A stretch of DNA of 64,000 nt from Octopus sinensis (lineage: Eukaryota). Every line of letters starts with the position of its first letter. The first letter of the stretch is position 1. The notes below the pieces were generated by a model that was not told the origin of the DNA, did not search any database, and saw nothing but the letters and a program-made list of their open reading frames with translations. Both the position numbers and the translations under genes were made by a program. Location: contig NC_043001.1 of NCBI RefSeq assembly GCF_006345805.1, positions 49,352,001 through 49,416,000 of the forward strand. Direction: 5' to 3'. Shown here in pieces: positions 48,479-62,375 of the stretch.

Positions 48479-49262
48479 AATTACTACTACATTACTGTAA
48501 CTACCACCATACTTACTATCTTTTACCTTTTACTTGTTTCAGTCATTAGACTGTGGCCATGCTGGGGTATCGCCTTGAAAACTTTTTAGTCGAATGAATC
48601 GACCACAGTATTTATTATTTTTGAAAGCCTGATACTTATTCTATCGGTCTCTTTTGCCAAACCGCAAAGGTTCAAGGCCCTTTAGGGATGGGGGCCGATG
48701 TAGTTCGTGTCTAGAGGCCAGTCTTTATCCACATCCTTGTCTGATGGTGATATTGATGGCGGTGGTGGTGGTGGTGGTGATTGTGGTTGTGGTGGTTGTG
48801 GTGGTGGTGTTGGTGGTGGTAGTGTTGGTGATACCAGTCTGGTGATTTGTCGAGTAACGTTGTGGCTTCTGTAACAGTGTACGGGTATATTTAATTGTAC
48901 TTTAGTAGCTGCGGTATTGCCTAGCGATAATGGTGATAGTATTGGGAGAGCTATATCGATGAGGTGTATTGGCTGTAGAGATATAATGTCTTGGTTGTAG
49001 TATTGAGGTATGTTTGTGGTAGGGGTGTTGTAAGTTGGCTGTAGTGTTGTGGTACGCTGGCTGTAGTAATTGTTGTGTGTTGGTTGCATGGTGTGGTTCC
49101 AGTTGTAGTTGTGTGGTGGTAACTGTTGTAGAGTGGTTGTATAATGACGTCTTATCAAAGCAATGGCTTATTGTTGTTCTTGTTGTTTAACTTCAGGTCA
49201 GGTATGGTCGACCAAACCTATGGTCAAAGATATTCCACCCTTGACCATACTGTCTTTTTTCC

Positions 49263-50130
49263 AGTAGGCGTGGCTGTGTGTTAAGAAGCTTACTTCCCAA
49301 CTACATGGCTCCGGGTTCAGTGTCTTCTACATTAGCCTCGGGCCGACTAAAGCCTTGTGAGTGGATTTGGTAGACGGAAACTAAAAGAAACTATAAGTTG
49401 TAAAGTTGTATATATGCACAAGGGAAGGTGAAAAATTATACGCACTCATATTTTTTCAATGTATTTACACCAAAGCAGGGGATAAACAAATACGTCATTT
49501 TTCTTTATAGTCTCCTTCCTTTTCGATGCACTTGGTCAGTGGTTCACAAGTTTGCGGATTCCCTCCAAGAAGAAGGGTTTCGATTGGTCGTGCATCCATT
49601 TATACACCGCATCCTTCACATCTTCATCCGTAGGAAATCTACGACCTCGTAAACCAGCTTTGAGCTGTCCAAAGATATAATAGTCGGAAGGGGCGAAATC
49701 TGGGCTGTAGGCAGGGTGTTTCAGCACCTCAAAACCCAATTGGTTAATGGTTTCAATGGTCTGGACGGCCGTGTGTGGCTGTGCATTGTCATGCAACAAC
49801 AAAACTTTCTTCGACAATAGGCTTCGGCATTTGGCGTGAATTGCTGGCTTGAGTTTTTGGCCAGCAAATCACTGTATCTTACACTGCTGATCATACACCT
49901 CTTTTCCAGAAAAAAATGGACCATTGCTCTTTGTTCTTCTTTGGTGCACATTGCTAGTGGAGCGGCCATGCTTACACTGTAAAGCCAGAAAGAAAAATGG
50001 CACGATCAGGCTCGAACTTCGATCATGTGACTACAATAGCCCCAACTATAAGCACGCATGCGCAGAAGACAGTGTGACAATAATAAAGACATGTTAGCGC
50101 GAAAGTGCGGATAATTTTTGACTTCTCTCG

Positions 50131-50163
<33 letters not shown>

Positions 50164-50405
50164 TATATATATGGGGGGGGATTTGTCCCCTTCCCACCGC
50201 TTGACAACCGGTGTTGGTCTGTTTACATCCCCGTAACTTAGCGATTCAACAGAAAGAGACCGATAGAAAAAATATCAAGCTTTAAAAAGAAAAATTTGTA
50301 CTGGTTGGTGGGGGGTCGATACATTCGATTAAACAATTCTTCATGCTGGTGCCCCAGCATGGCCGCAGTCTAATGCCTGAAACAAGTAAAAGGATGAAAA
50401 GATAA
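49263..50405 (+). mobile_element. SINE family A copy split by the mariner at 49417-50132
   Basis: The 5' half (49263-49390) and 3' half (50170-50405) flank the mariner at the internal TA tract. Confidence 0.75.
49417..50132 (-). mobile_element. Internally deleted mariner (DD34D)
   Basis: ~29 bp TIRs (consensus tacgagagaagtcaaaaattatccgcact). The N-terminus MAAPLAMCTKEEQR is joined close to HDNAQPH...YSPDFAPSDY, with 34 residues counted between the last two Asp. Confidence 0.9.
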
Positions 50406-51149
50406 AAAGATGTGTAGGAAAGCTGGTATCACACATTATCCAACCCTCCCTTTGTTTTCTAACGCAGCAGAGTGTGATCTGAGAGGGAGATTTAGTTGCT
50501 ATTTCTACCAGTTCGAGCAAACACTTAGAAGTAGAAGGTTGTACCAAATGCATTAACGGCTGCAAGTGATACTGTGTTGGTAGTTGCTTTTCGGCGGTAT
50601 TACTAGTGACCAGAGAGGCGGATGTACGAATGTGGTGGTAGATGCAGTGGTGTGGGATATGACAACGTCCGACATTACAGTGGCGGGTGGTTTTTACTAA
50701 GTGTCTCTATCACCAGTGCAATATATTATGACATTAATTTCAGTCGCCGTCTCTTGATGGTATTTCCCTGTCATGTTTGCTCTCAAAATAGCCGTCTATT
50801 TGCAGTGATATGCATTATCGTGTTAACTGTGCAATATTACTGGAGTCAGCCTGTCGGTAGATAGAGTAATGGCGGTGGTGGTGATAGTGGTTAGTGATTT
50901 GTAGTGGTCAGTGGTGCAGAGTGCGTAGTTATATCATAATTTCCTCCCACCACTTCTCCCTCTCTTTATAATTCATTCGTTCATTTATTCCCCATCTATA
51001 CTATCAAAGTAGATGTATTATATTATTTCCCTCCTGCTGTGTACGCTTGGCCAGTGGACACAGTTTCCGTACAGGAAAGACAACGGCAATATTTCAAAGT
51101 TAGTCATTTGAATTAGCTGACATTTTAGTCATGTTTGAATGTGAAATAC

Positions 51150-51250
51150 TGCGCATATATATGTATGCATGTACATATACATACATATATATATATATAT
51201 TATATATATATATAATATTATATATATAATATATATATATATATGTACAC

Positions 51251-51325
<75 letters not shown>

Positions 51326-51486
51326 ATACATATACATATATACATATATACAAACACACACATGCATATGTGTAATACATGCATACATAACTACACATGC
51401 ATATAAACATATATATCTGTATATGCATATATATATATATATATATACATATATACTTATATATATATGTATATATATATATATAT

Positions 51487-51557
<71 letters not shown>

Positions 51558-51596
51558 TGTGTGTGTATATATATATATATAATATGTGTTTATGTA

Positions 51597-51653
<57 letters not shown>

Positions 51654-51850
51654 GCATATATATACCAAAATATAATATATAATGTAATATTATATATGTG
51701 TATGTGCATTCACTCACATATATACGCATACACACACATACATTTATATATATGTACATACATATATACACATTTATACAAAATGCACACACACACACAC
51801 ATACTCACATGCATGCACACACGCACATGCACACACACACACATACACAC
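51150..51850. repeat. Compound (TA)n/(CA)n/(TG)n microsatellite
   Basis: Direct reading. Confidence 0.95.
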
Positions 51851-51855
51851 ATATA

Positions 51856-52714
51856 CAGGGTGCAATGGTTCAATTGTCGTCATTTTATATTTTTAATTTC
51901 TCGCATGCACTCTGTTTTTGATTTTGTCGGCTACACAGTATAGTAGGGTCAGTTGGGCACCGCATGTGAGAAAAACAGCACCACGATGCATTTCACTTTG
52001 CTAGAAATTTGAAAACGACATGCTGCACAGCTTGTAATTCGTGCCGGAAGCTCCAATGTAAACATTTCAGAGTGGGTGTCAATCTGAGGATATGTACCGA
52101 GAGTGATAAAAATCAAACATCCAGCCAACAGCATGGTGTTTGGAGTGATCACTAGCGATGGCGACGTTTTGCTTCCTTCATCTTGCCACATGGCCTCAAA
52201 CTCAACACGGAGCCCTACATCAAGTGTCTGGAGGAGGTAGTGCTGCCCTTGTTCAAGAGGGTGGCTGCTGGAACACCCTATGTCAGGCAATAGGACTCTG
52301 CACCATGACATACAAGCAGGAGAACCCAGGCATGGCTGTCAAACAATTTCTGCAACCACATCACTCCTAACATCTGGCCACCTAACTTCCCAGACTACAA
52401 CCCCCTTGGTTATCATATGTGGGGTGCAGTTGAGCGAGAGATCAACAAAACTCCTTGTAACACCAAAGATAAACTGAAGGCAAGGATTATGGCACCATTC
52501 ACCAACTCAAACATAGAGACTGTCCAGAAGAGTTGCAGGAGATTCCGAAGTCGTCTGGAGGCCGTGGTTGAAGCCAATAGCGTGTTTATTGAATTAAATT
52601 ACTCTTTAGTATTTCAAAATATCTTTTTGTAATTTTGGTAAATATATCTGTTAAAATGAGATGTCAGTGTTATTTCCATTTTTGCGTCATTAGACGACAA
52701 TTTATTCATCGCCC

Positions 52715-52718
<4 letters not shown>
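51856..52718 (+). mobile_element. maT/DD37D transposon, internally deleted second copy
   Basis: Same TIRs, flanked by TA. The 3' part closely matches the reverse complement of 45239-45790. Confidence 0.85.
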
Positions 52719-52788
<70 letters not shown>

Positions 52789-52799
52789 AATGCATATAA

Positions 52800-52843
<44 letters not shown>

Positions 52844-53309
52844 TTAATGTATGATGAATTTATGGAATGAAGTACCATAAATCTCATCAATTTAGTTAAG
52901 AATGTAGGAAACAAATTGTTAAAATTTAGGAGTTTAATTCTTGCAGACGATCGTTTCTTACAGAGATATAATAAAAATATTAATTTGTGGCTGAATTAAA
53001 TTAAATCAATATCAGCGTACTCTTCTGTGCAGGAAAGAAAGAAACCATAATACAAGAAACTTAAAAAGAAATACAGCAGAGAAAATTGGATCTAGAAGGG
53101 TCTTATTGGTATCCATGTGAGAAAGGGATCGGAGTCATGTCGGATATTGAACCATAACTAACAGCTTCAACGGTTATTTGAAGATATAAGTAAAGAGGTA
53201 TCGGAAACGTTCCCTCTAAAGATGAGTACGGAAATTATAATTATAGCTCCATATATGTGGCGTAGGGCAAGTAAGTAATAGAAATGTCCAATGGGAAGAC
53301 AATACCAAA

Positions 53310-53819
53310 TCTCTCTATATATAAACGGCAGTTTGTCTGTCTGTGTGTCTGTCAGGTTGTACCCTCACCCTGACCACGGCTTTCAACCGATTCTGATGAA
53401 ACTTGACACACGCATAGCCCAATGTCATAATTCAAAACTAAGGCAGAGAAAATTTTGAAAAGTTCCCCCAGTTTTGAAAAAGATCGATAAATTCGACATG
53501 GGGTCGAGAATCTCAGCTTTTTATATGCAACATTTTCTGTTGTAGTTTTCGCAACTTGCAATCGATTTTCACCAAACTCAACTTAATTCTGACGTTAGTT
53601 TTCCATGCAATATCTTACCATCAGAAAAATCGATAAAATCATGCCATTTTGGGAAATCGTGTTTTCGCCCAAAGGGACAGCTAGGAACATCGTATACACA
53701 GAAGACATTGCAACCTACACATGCACCTTCGTTCCCTAGATAGAAAGGACTAGATTGGGATTAGTCGTTGCCTACTAGGGGCTCTTACATACCCGGGCAA
53801 CGCCGGGCTATGCTGCTAG
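53310..53819 (+). mobile_element. Non-autonomous Helitron
   Basis: 5' TC at 53310 preceded by A, subterminal hairpin cccgg-gcaacg-ccggg at 53792-53807, 3' CTAG at 53816-53819 followed by T; no TSD. Confidence 0.85.
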
Positions 53820-54061
53820 TCTAAATTAAAACTAACCGTTGAAATTAGTACGTAGTATAATATATCTTATAAAATATCTTTATAGAAGAAAGAAGTTTAG
53901 CGTGAGCAAGTGTTGTATGAGAAGCTAATACTAGATGGTTAACGCAAATAAATAGCAAAAAATAGAGGAATGAGAATGAGTTAAAGAGAGAAGATGATGT
54001 ATATAAAGGAACTCATCTTTACATAAAAAAATTATATTTGGTAACACGTATTAATAATAAG

Positions 54062-54354
54062 TGGAGGCGCAATGGTCCAGTGGTTAGGGCAGCAGACTCG
54101 CGGTCGTAGGATCGTGGTTTCAATTCCCAGACCGGGCGTTATGAGTGTTTATTGAACGAAAACACCTAAAGCTCCACGAGGCTCCACGTGGAGATCCCTG
54201 CTATACTCTTTCGCCACAACTTTCTCTCATTCTTTCTTCTGTTGGCCTGCTCGCTTAGCCAGCGGGGTGGCGTCATTTGAAGGCTAAAACAATGCGAAGC
54301 GCACTGTGACCAGCGATGTGTAGCAACATATGATAGCCTGGTCGGTCACGTGAT
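54062..54354 (+). mobile_element. tRNA-derived SINE family E
   Basis: Head ggaggcgcaatggtccagtggttagggcagcagactcgcggtc...ggtttcaattccc with no 3' acceptor stem; unrelated body. Confidence 0.75.
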
Positions 54355-54855
54355 TAATAAGAAAGGAGAAAAAAAAAAGCAAAAACACAGAAGCAGGTAT
54401 TAATATTACATTTAAAGTAGTATGTACTTGCGGTGTTTATAAAGATAAAAATTGTGAATTTAAAAATGAAGTTAGATAGACTAAAGTAAATGTAGGGGAG
54501 ATAAATGAGCGGAGAAAGAGATGAGTAAAAAAAAATTTGGACAGGGGTGTGTGGGTTATACAGAAGGTGTATTTTAGTATATATATAAAAAAGATTAATT
54601 CTAAGGTATTATCTGTGAGAAGGATATAGAATGGCAGTATTGTCGTAATGGTATTCGAGTTGTAGGGGTGCCGTGCCAGTATAAATATAAGAAAAGAACT
54701 ACGAGTAGAAGGGTACACGTAGGTGTTCAAAAATTTATCCTTAATATAGAAGAAAGATAATTTGATAAGGAGGAGAGTGTGTGTATGTTTAGTTATACGT
54801 GTGTAAACATGAGTGTATAGATATAGGAATTCGTGTAGATATACGATTAAGGTTT

Positions 54856-54915
<60 letters not shown>

Positions 54916-56699
54916 ATATATATGTATGTATATATATAAACTGTACAAATACACCATACATATTTTTAAAAAAGGCACACACATATACATATAAATACAC
55001 ACACACAATAAATTGTGTATATATGTATGTGAACATACATATATACGCAGATACACAATTTCATATTAACATACATGTTTGTACCTACTTATATACATAA
55101 AAAATAATCACATATATACATATAAATTTACACACATATAAGATCAATACCTAGATATGCATACATGGGTGTAGACATGTAGATCACCTTAAAGTCGCAC
55201 ATGTGCATACATGTGTACATTAGCCAGTATTAAGATATACGTAATTATAAGGTATAGTAGCTAATAACATAAGGAAGTAATTGTTTGAATAGGTATGTAG
55301 AGAGGGGGGAGAGATAAAGAAAGGGAGCACATGGACACAGTATACAAATAAAATACAAAATGTGTTAGTATATTACATACTAAGGAAAGATATAAGTTCC
55401 TATATCCAAACGTGTGGAGGGAAAAATGTATAGAGAGGGATGTGATGAGTAATTATATTCCATAGTAAAGGATACTATATAGATATGTTTTTTTAAAATA
55501 TCAGACTAAGTAAAAGATGACTGAAGAGTTACTTCAGAATAATGAATAGATATTTGGTCATGTGTTTACATGAACAAAAATTTCATCCCTAGTATTAATC
55601 AAATTGGTAGGCCTTTTACTGCAGTATTTATCCAGATGCAACAGCTCTTTTGGACTTGTGTTAAAAATACAAGTGTCAGAGAGAGGAGGGAGAGAGAACG
55701 AAAGAGCGTGAGAGAGGGGGTGAGAGAAGTAAGGAATTTGTCAGAGAGAAGTGGGAATTTACCTTTGCAGCAGTCAGCGAGATTGCGAAATACATTTCGG
55801 CTTTTGGGGGCCGTTTCAGTGGCGAGTACTTGCTCAGACGAGAATTCGTCATTTGTGATATAGAAATCGGTAAATAATTCTTGCCCGAGCATGTTGCTGG
55901 CTGTGAGTATGAGCCATTTAAAATTTCCAGATGGCCAGAATATATTTGGTGCTCTAGCTGACCACAGATGAGACGAATTTTCGCCTCTCTCTCTCTCTCT
56001 CCCTCCCCCTCTCTCTCTCTCTGATATTTATTTTGTTTTTAACGCAACAAGTTCAGAAGAGATGTTATCTCGGGACAAATACTGCTGTAACTGGCCTATC
56101 GTTAATATGTATACATGAAGCATGCTGCGTAGATGGCCAGTCACTTTAAAGTTGTTTCCTTTGAAAAGATTGTGTAATTTGCTTTTGGTAGGAAAAAAAT
56201 TTCGCAAATTAATTTTAGAATGATTTTAACTAAGTAATGACGTTGACTGTAATTGGGGTGCTAAAGCAAAACCTCTTTTGGATGCACTTACGCTTCCTTT
56301 GGTGTTTAATTTCTTCATTCATAGATTCTTCTACTTTTCTTCTTGGTTTTATGAAGCTAGTAATTTCCACAATTATTATCTAATATTTCGTTGTAATAAC
56401 TATCTGCTCCGTTAAATGTGGTTTTATCTGGGGATATGTCATAAATTCGTTTAAATATGTTGCAGACAAATTTCATAAAGACAATAGGGGTTCGGTAGAA
56501 TTTTTGTCGATATATGTGTGTGCGCGCGTTTGCATTGATATATATATGCACACGTATATATGAATGTATGTTAGCGCACACGTACACACGCACAGGTACA
56601 CACACACACACACACACACACAAGTTTTTTAGTTGGTTTTCTGTGCTTGTGTCTAAATCTTAAAATAGTGTCTAAAAGATTAACTATAATACTGCACCG

Positions 56700-57030
56700 T
56701 TTAGTCATAGATTACCAATTATTATTTTATTATTAAAATGGCGTCCATCAATGCTAATAGTATATGAGGCAGCCAAGCTATCGTCTCTGTGCAGTCCTAT
56801 GCCTAATGTTTTGAATTTGAATTTTTTGAGTGGTATTGTCACGTTATATATGTAATTTATATAATGCACCGATCTCGCAAATATGCCTTCACTCAATCTT
56901 ATCATAGTGACGTCAAAAGATTGTTGACCTTATTAAAAGAAGGAATTTTTGACCTGTGTATCTTTGGCCTGTGTATTTTTTTCCAAACTGTAGTGCTTTA
57001 GTGAAGAAGATTTTGTAAATGGAGAGATAA
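56700..57030 (-). mobile_element. Penelope-like reverse transcriptase fragment
   Basis: Minus strand SFDVTM...IGLHRDDSLA, matching PLE RT motifs FDVTMG and GLYRDDGL. Confidence 0.7.
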
Positions 57031-57229
57031 AATTTGACGATATCGCACTCAGTGGATTTACATTAACTTTACTCTCTAATACTACAGAACCAGCTAGCTA
57101 CAGTGATTATTCTACTGTTTTGCTATTATCAGAATTTTAAAATATCAAAATTTAAAATCGTAAACGTTAGACTGCGCAAAGACGACGAGATTGCTCAGAG
57201 ACCATTAATCGAGACAAATTATATAAAAT

Positions 57230-57545
57230 CAGGAAAAGCTTATCTTGTACGTTTAGAGAACTAGCGCTTTGCACTACAATAGCTATAAATAAATATATAA
57301 TGAATTTGTTACATATAGGGAAGATAATTATTTGTAAATTTGGAGAATTATGTTCTCCTAATGATAAATATAATGCAGAACCATTAAATTACCAAGTGAA
57401 AGTCCACCATTCTCGTCTATCACAAACTAAATCCTACATTGGTATGTGTGAAAGATCTTTCAAAAGTCAGTACATGAATTATAAATCCTCTTTTAAACAT
57501 GCAATTAGGAGAAATACCACTGCTTTATCTTGCTCTGTATAGCAA
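57230..57545 (+). mobile_element. Penelope-like GIY-YIG fragment
   Basis: NYQVKV...TKSYIGMCERSFKSQYMNYKSSFKHAIRRNTTALS. Confidence 0.75.
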
Positions 57546-58274
57546 TTAAAGAGTTAGATTTCTTAGCATAGCCTTAGTCTGATGACTGAAACTAGTAAAA
57601 GAATAAAAGAATAAATGCAATGCTTGGATTCACCGTCAGTATCCTGGAGTCACTGACTGTTTCGGCTCTTACAATATACACCCTTATCCAGTCGACCTCA
57701 ACTAAGTTAATCGAACTTAGGTCTGTACCCAAGCGGCATTCTGCTGACCCCATCGATTACCTTTTTTTGCAGCCAGAGCGATCAAGACATTTCTTCAGCA
57801 GCTCAACAACCTCTACGTTGTTCTTGGTGGTACTTTTTCTGCGATTTTCTGAACATCCAAGACTTCCATACGCCTTACTCAGAGTATGACCTGCAAATCC
57901 TCCATTGCCAAGCTCCACCGGCAAAAACCTTGTTCTCCATCAACTCTTGCAGCAGTCTTCTATCTGATCATGATACTTGTTTCTTTTCCTTTCTTGGTGC
58001 ATAATTTCTTGGTGAATTGTCTTTATGCCAGATACAGTTAACTGTTCTTGCGGTAATATATTTGTATGTATTTGTGCGTGTTATTGCGGTAATATATATG
58101 TATGCCTTTGTGTGTGTAAAGATTTATAAACAATAATTTTATACTGAAGTGTACAGCATATAATGAAGTTTACATATAGCTTCTTTTTTTTTTTATTCCA
58201 TGTGTAATCTATAAATTCTGCCTTCTATTTTCAAATAATTCATTGCTGTCAACAATTTGCTGTGATGATCTCAG

Positions 58275-58395
58275 GAGAGACACGACCTAGGTGAAATCCT
58301 TCTCTCACTCAATTATTTGCCAAGTGCTGGGAGACTAAATGTGGACATCATTAAAGCTAAACAGCTGCTACAGACAGACCTGGTTGGAGGTTCAG
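58275..58395 (+). CDS. syt17: Synaptotagmin-17 exon, start of C2B (ERHDLGEILLSLNYLPSAGRLNVDIIKAKQLLQTDLVGGS)
   Basis: Not in the ORF track. cag acceptor ends at 58274 and donor TCAG|gtaag is at 58395 (121 nt, phase 0 to 1). It joins in frame to the 43953 donor and is near-identical to recalled SYT17 ELGELLLSLNYLPSAGRLNVDVIRAKQLLQTD. Confidence 0.95.
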
Positions 58396-59654
58396 GTAAG
58401 TTTCTGCATCCAGATATTGTAGTTGCCATTGTTTGTCTGTAGATTGGCAAAAATCGATAGAACATCAAACAAAATGATTTGAGTATTATTGGGGCTACTT
58501 ATCTTTACGTACTGAGTTTAGAGGTTTATTTTTATTTTTTCCGGTATTGATAAGATAAAGTACCATTGAAGCAGGCCTGTCACCAGACTTTGGTACCTGG
58601 GAGAATTTTCAGAATATTCTGGGTGGGCACTAAAGTGGAGTTTCGAAATAAGTATCTCAATGTAAATCTGAGGGTGCACCATTGAATAGTCAGAGGGAAG
58701 TACCGTCCAGTGCACCCCATTAGCGTTGGGCTTGCATTCAAGTAATGAAGTAGGTCTTTGTCAACTTTTACTCACTCCAAAATTTGAGGCTTTGTGCCTA
58801 TGTTAGAAATCATCATTGCTGCCATGGCCGTGTATGGCCCACTTTCAGAGAACCAGACAAACAACGTCTTGTTCAACACCTGTCTAGGCCGACTTAACCG
58901 TTACGGAATCAATAAACCGCCAGTCAAGTGCTGAAGCTGAGTAAATCGACTGGACTGTATCCTTCCCACAAAATCGTAGTTTTGTGCTTATATTTGCAAT
59001 CATTATTAATAGGATTTTTAAAGAATGATGGATTGACAGAATCATTAGAGATTTGCAGTATTTACTTATAGTTATTTACGTTCTGAGTTCAAGTCCCACG
59101 GATGTCAACCTTGCTTTTTCATTCTTGCGAAGGTTAAGGAAAAGTTAAGGGAAAACTAAAAACATATGTACTATAATTTATTGAACTTAAGTATTACAAC
59201 AAGCAAAAATACAGATAGCTTTCCTTAGGCGAATAGTCTGGTGGCATGAAGATACGAATATAAGACGAATAAAAACAATATAATAATACTATTAAAGTGC
59301 ACACACAAATTTAATAGGAATACATAGTAACAATCTATATCTACGAGTAGCATACTTCTTGCTCATAGAATAATGAAGGAGACAATTGAAGATCAAGCAT
59401 CGTTAAATGCGCAAAATAGACCAGGAATAATTTTCCCAGAACTTTCATTTAGATTTGTTGTGTCTGGGGAGAATCATTGTTTTGATGTCCTATTAACACT
59501 CACCGGTTCGATTTCCGCTCATTTTTTTTCTTCTAAAATTTTCGTATCTTCTTGCAATATATTTTCAATAGTTGTTCACTATGGCCATTATCGGAGCTGC
59601 GTTTCTTTCTTTTTTGTGCGCATGTTTGTGCGCCAGCGTGCATGTGTATACACA

Positions 59655-60130
59655 TATATATGTATGTATGTGTGTATGTATGTATGTATGTATGTATGCA
59701 TGTATGTATGTATGTATGTATGTATGTATGTATGTATGTATGTATGTATGTATTATGTATGTATGTATGCATGTATGTATGTATGTATTATGTTTGTGTG
59801 TATGTATGTATTATGTATGTATGCATGTATGTATGTATGTATTATGTATGTATGTATTATGTATGTGTGTATGTATGTATGTATTATGTATGTGTGTATG
59901 TATGTATGTATTATGTATGTATTATGTATGTATGTATGTATGTATGTATGTATGTATTATGTATGTATGTATGTGTCAATGTATGTATGTATTATGTATG
60001 TATGTATGTATGTATGTATGTATGTATGTATGTATTATGTACGTATGTATGTATGTATGTATGTATGTATGTATGTATGTATGTATGTATGTATTATGTA
60101 TGTATTATGTATGTGAGTATGTCTCTATAT
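59655..60130. repeat. Long (TATG)n satellite with periodic TATTATG interruptions
   Basis: Direct reading; it produces the spurious MYVC ORFs. Confidence 0.95.
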
Positions 60131-61220
60131 GTATGTATATGTAGGAGGATACTATTTGTGTGCATGTCTTTGAGCTTGTCTTTACACCACTCGACAACCA
60201 GTGCTGGTTTGTTTACGGTCTCGTAAATTAGCGGTTCGGCAAAATACACAATAGAGTACGTAACAAACTTAAAAATGAATATGTATTGGAGTGAATATTT
60301 TCGATCAAGACCTTTATGGCAGTATCCCAGCATGACCACAATTCAATGACTGAAACAAGTAAATGGATGAAGGCTGAAGCAAATTGCAACATCTAAGTTG
60401 TGTTGTTGTTTTGAACAAGGTACATAACTCTCCTTATCTTAGTATGCCTGGCTGATGATAGGCTGAGCTCCTTACTACACAATTTATTGCTTTGTTTTGA
60501 GAAAGGCATCTATCTGTGAAATCAATTATTGTCAAGCCAAACGAAGGAAACAACTACGAAGTCACTCGACTTACTTGAAACAATAGCTAAATTTCACTAT
60601 TACCTTTGAAAATAAGAAATAAAAAGGAAGGACAAAGATAATGTAGTGGTAGATGTCACCAGTGGAAAGGAAAATTCTCAACTGGAATCTTTTTGATCTG
60701 CTGGCGTCTTTTATCTCCTTCATCAGTGATGACCTGGGGGATAAACAACTTGGCCATCGTAGTCATCGTCGTCGTCATCGTCGTCATCAACAACAACAAA
60801 AACATCAGGAACAACAAGAACCTCAACAAAACAACTGTTGTAAGACACCAGTGCATGTACATGTATAGCTAGGGAATCATGCTTGTATCAGAATCGTACT
60901 TGTATCTTGTATAAATGTATAAATGAGAACCAGGAATTGAGTGATTACATATCCAAATGCCTTTGATCGGATGCCTGTTCCCCCTCGGGAATAGCCAGTG
61001 TAAAATTACAAGAGCAATTGTTCCATCTTTGAGAATGATATCTATTAGATTATTATCAGTTATGCATTGATTCTCTTCTTTCTCTTCCTCTCTTTGCGTG
61101 CATAAAAGTATGAATTCACACATACATCTATTTATCACTCTATGACCGACATATACTCAACTGCATGTAAATATATTTATATATGTGTATATGCATATGC
61201 GTATGTGAGTATATATATAT

Positions 61221-61285
<65 letters not shown>

Positions 61286-62332
61286 GTTTGTATGTATATA
61301 TCAGTATATATGTAGATATATATTATTTCTCTCTCTCTCTTTCTTTCTGTGTATACACACACACACCCACACTCATGAAATATGCATACATATATCTACA
61401 TTTGTATCTATCTATCTATCTATCTATCTATCTGATGTATGTATGTATAAACATACATATATACCTATGTATATCTATATTGGCATATGTATATGTATAT
61501 ATGTATGTGTGTGTGTTGTGTGTATACACATATGCATGCATTACACACATGCGCCATGAGCAAATACACGCATACACACTCGCGTACGCGCACATACGCA
61601 GGTGAAATTCCATAATAACGAAGTCGACAGGGTATAAACAAAAATTTCGAAAAATTCGTATAATGAAATTACCTAAAGACATATTTATTCATATTCTACG
61701 CAACAATGATATAATGACTAAGCATGACCGAATAATAGTTAAGACGTTCGCCTTATGATCACAAGATATCGGGTTCGATCCTTCTGTGTGACATGTTGGG
61801 CAACTATCTTTTTTTTACCTTTGCCTTGAGTCCGTCCAAGTAAAATTAACTCGACGGAAACTGTGAGGACCCCGTTGGATTGGTTGTGTCTGTAATTCGA
61901 AGGTACAGTCTTGTCACACACAGTGTCACGTTGGTTGTGCCTGATAATTATATTAAGGTCGCTCGTGTCTTTTTTTTCTTTTAATCTTTTAACTAATACT
62001 TGTTATAATCATTGGACTGCGACCATACAGGGGCACCACTTTGAAAGGTTTGACTGAACAAATTGACTTCAATACATTTTTTTTAAGCCTAATATTTATT
62101 CTAAGTGTCTCTCTTTTGCCAAACCGATATGTTACGAGACGTAAACAAACCAATACTGGCTGTCATGCGGCGGTTGGAGACAAACACGCACAACACATAA
62201 GACACTCACACACACACTCACTCACTCACACACACACACACACACACACCACACACACAGATATGTTTATTATTCTTAAAAAAGAATATTTTATCAGTGA
62301 CTTCGAAGTTTTGGCCAGTTGAGCCAACGTCG

Positions 62333-62371
<39 letters not shown>

Positions 62372-62375
62372 CATA

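Noticed and set aside
48682-49158. 158 aa Pro/Thr-rich ORF
   Set aside because: Derived from GGT/GTT low-complexity repeats; no domain or splice support.
51243-51896. 217 aa ORF (YIYI...)
   Set aside because: Translation of a (TA)n/(CA)n microsatellite; no coding signal.
54062-54140. Possible tRNA genes (also 41136, 15849, 44113)
   Set aside because: A/B boxes are present, but there is no closing acceptor stem and each runs into a SINE body.
55570-55892. Two overlapping 97 aa ORFs on opposite strands
   Set aside because: GA-rich low complexity at the centre, no domain, no convincing splice sites.
57577-57600. CUGAUGA-cu-GAAAC
   Set aside because: It is a mutated family A SINE 3' tail (cagtcaaatgactgaaacaagtaaaag), not a ribozyme.
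59373-60226. Three overlapping 190-247 aa ORFs (MYVC...)
   Set aside because: The (TATG)n satellite is stop-poor in all frames.
60869-61138. 89 aa minus-strand ORF; also searched here for further syt17 C2B exons
   Set aside because: No recognisable domain. No DPFVK/FNESF-type exon was found at 58400-64000, so the remaining exons are presumed to lie outside the window.
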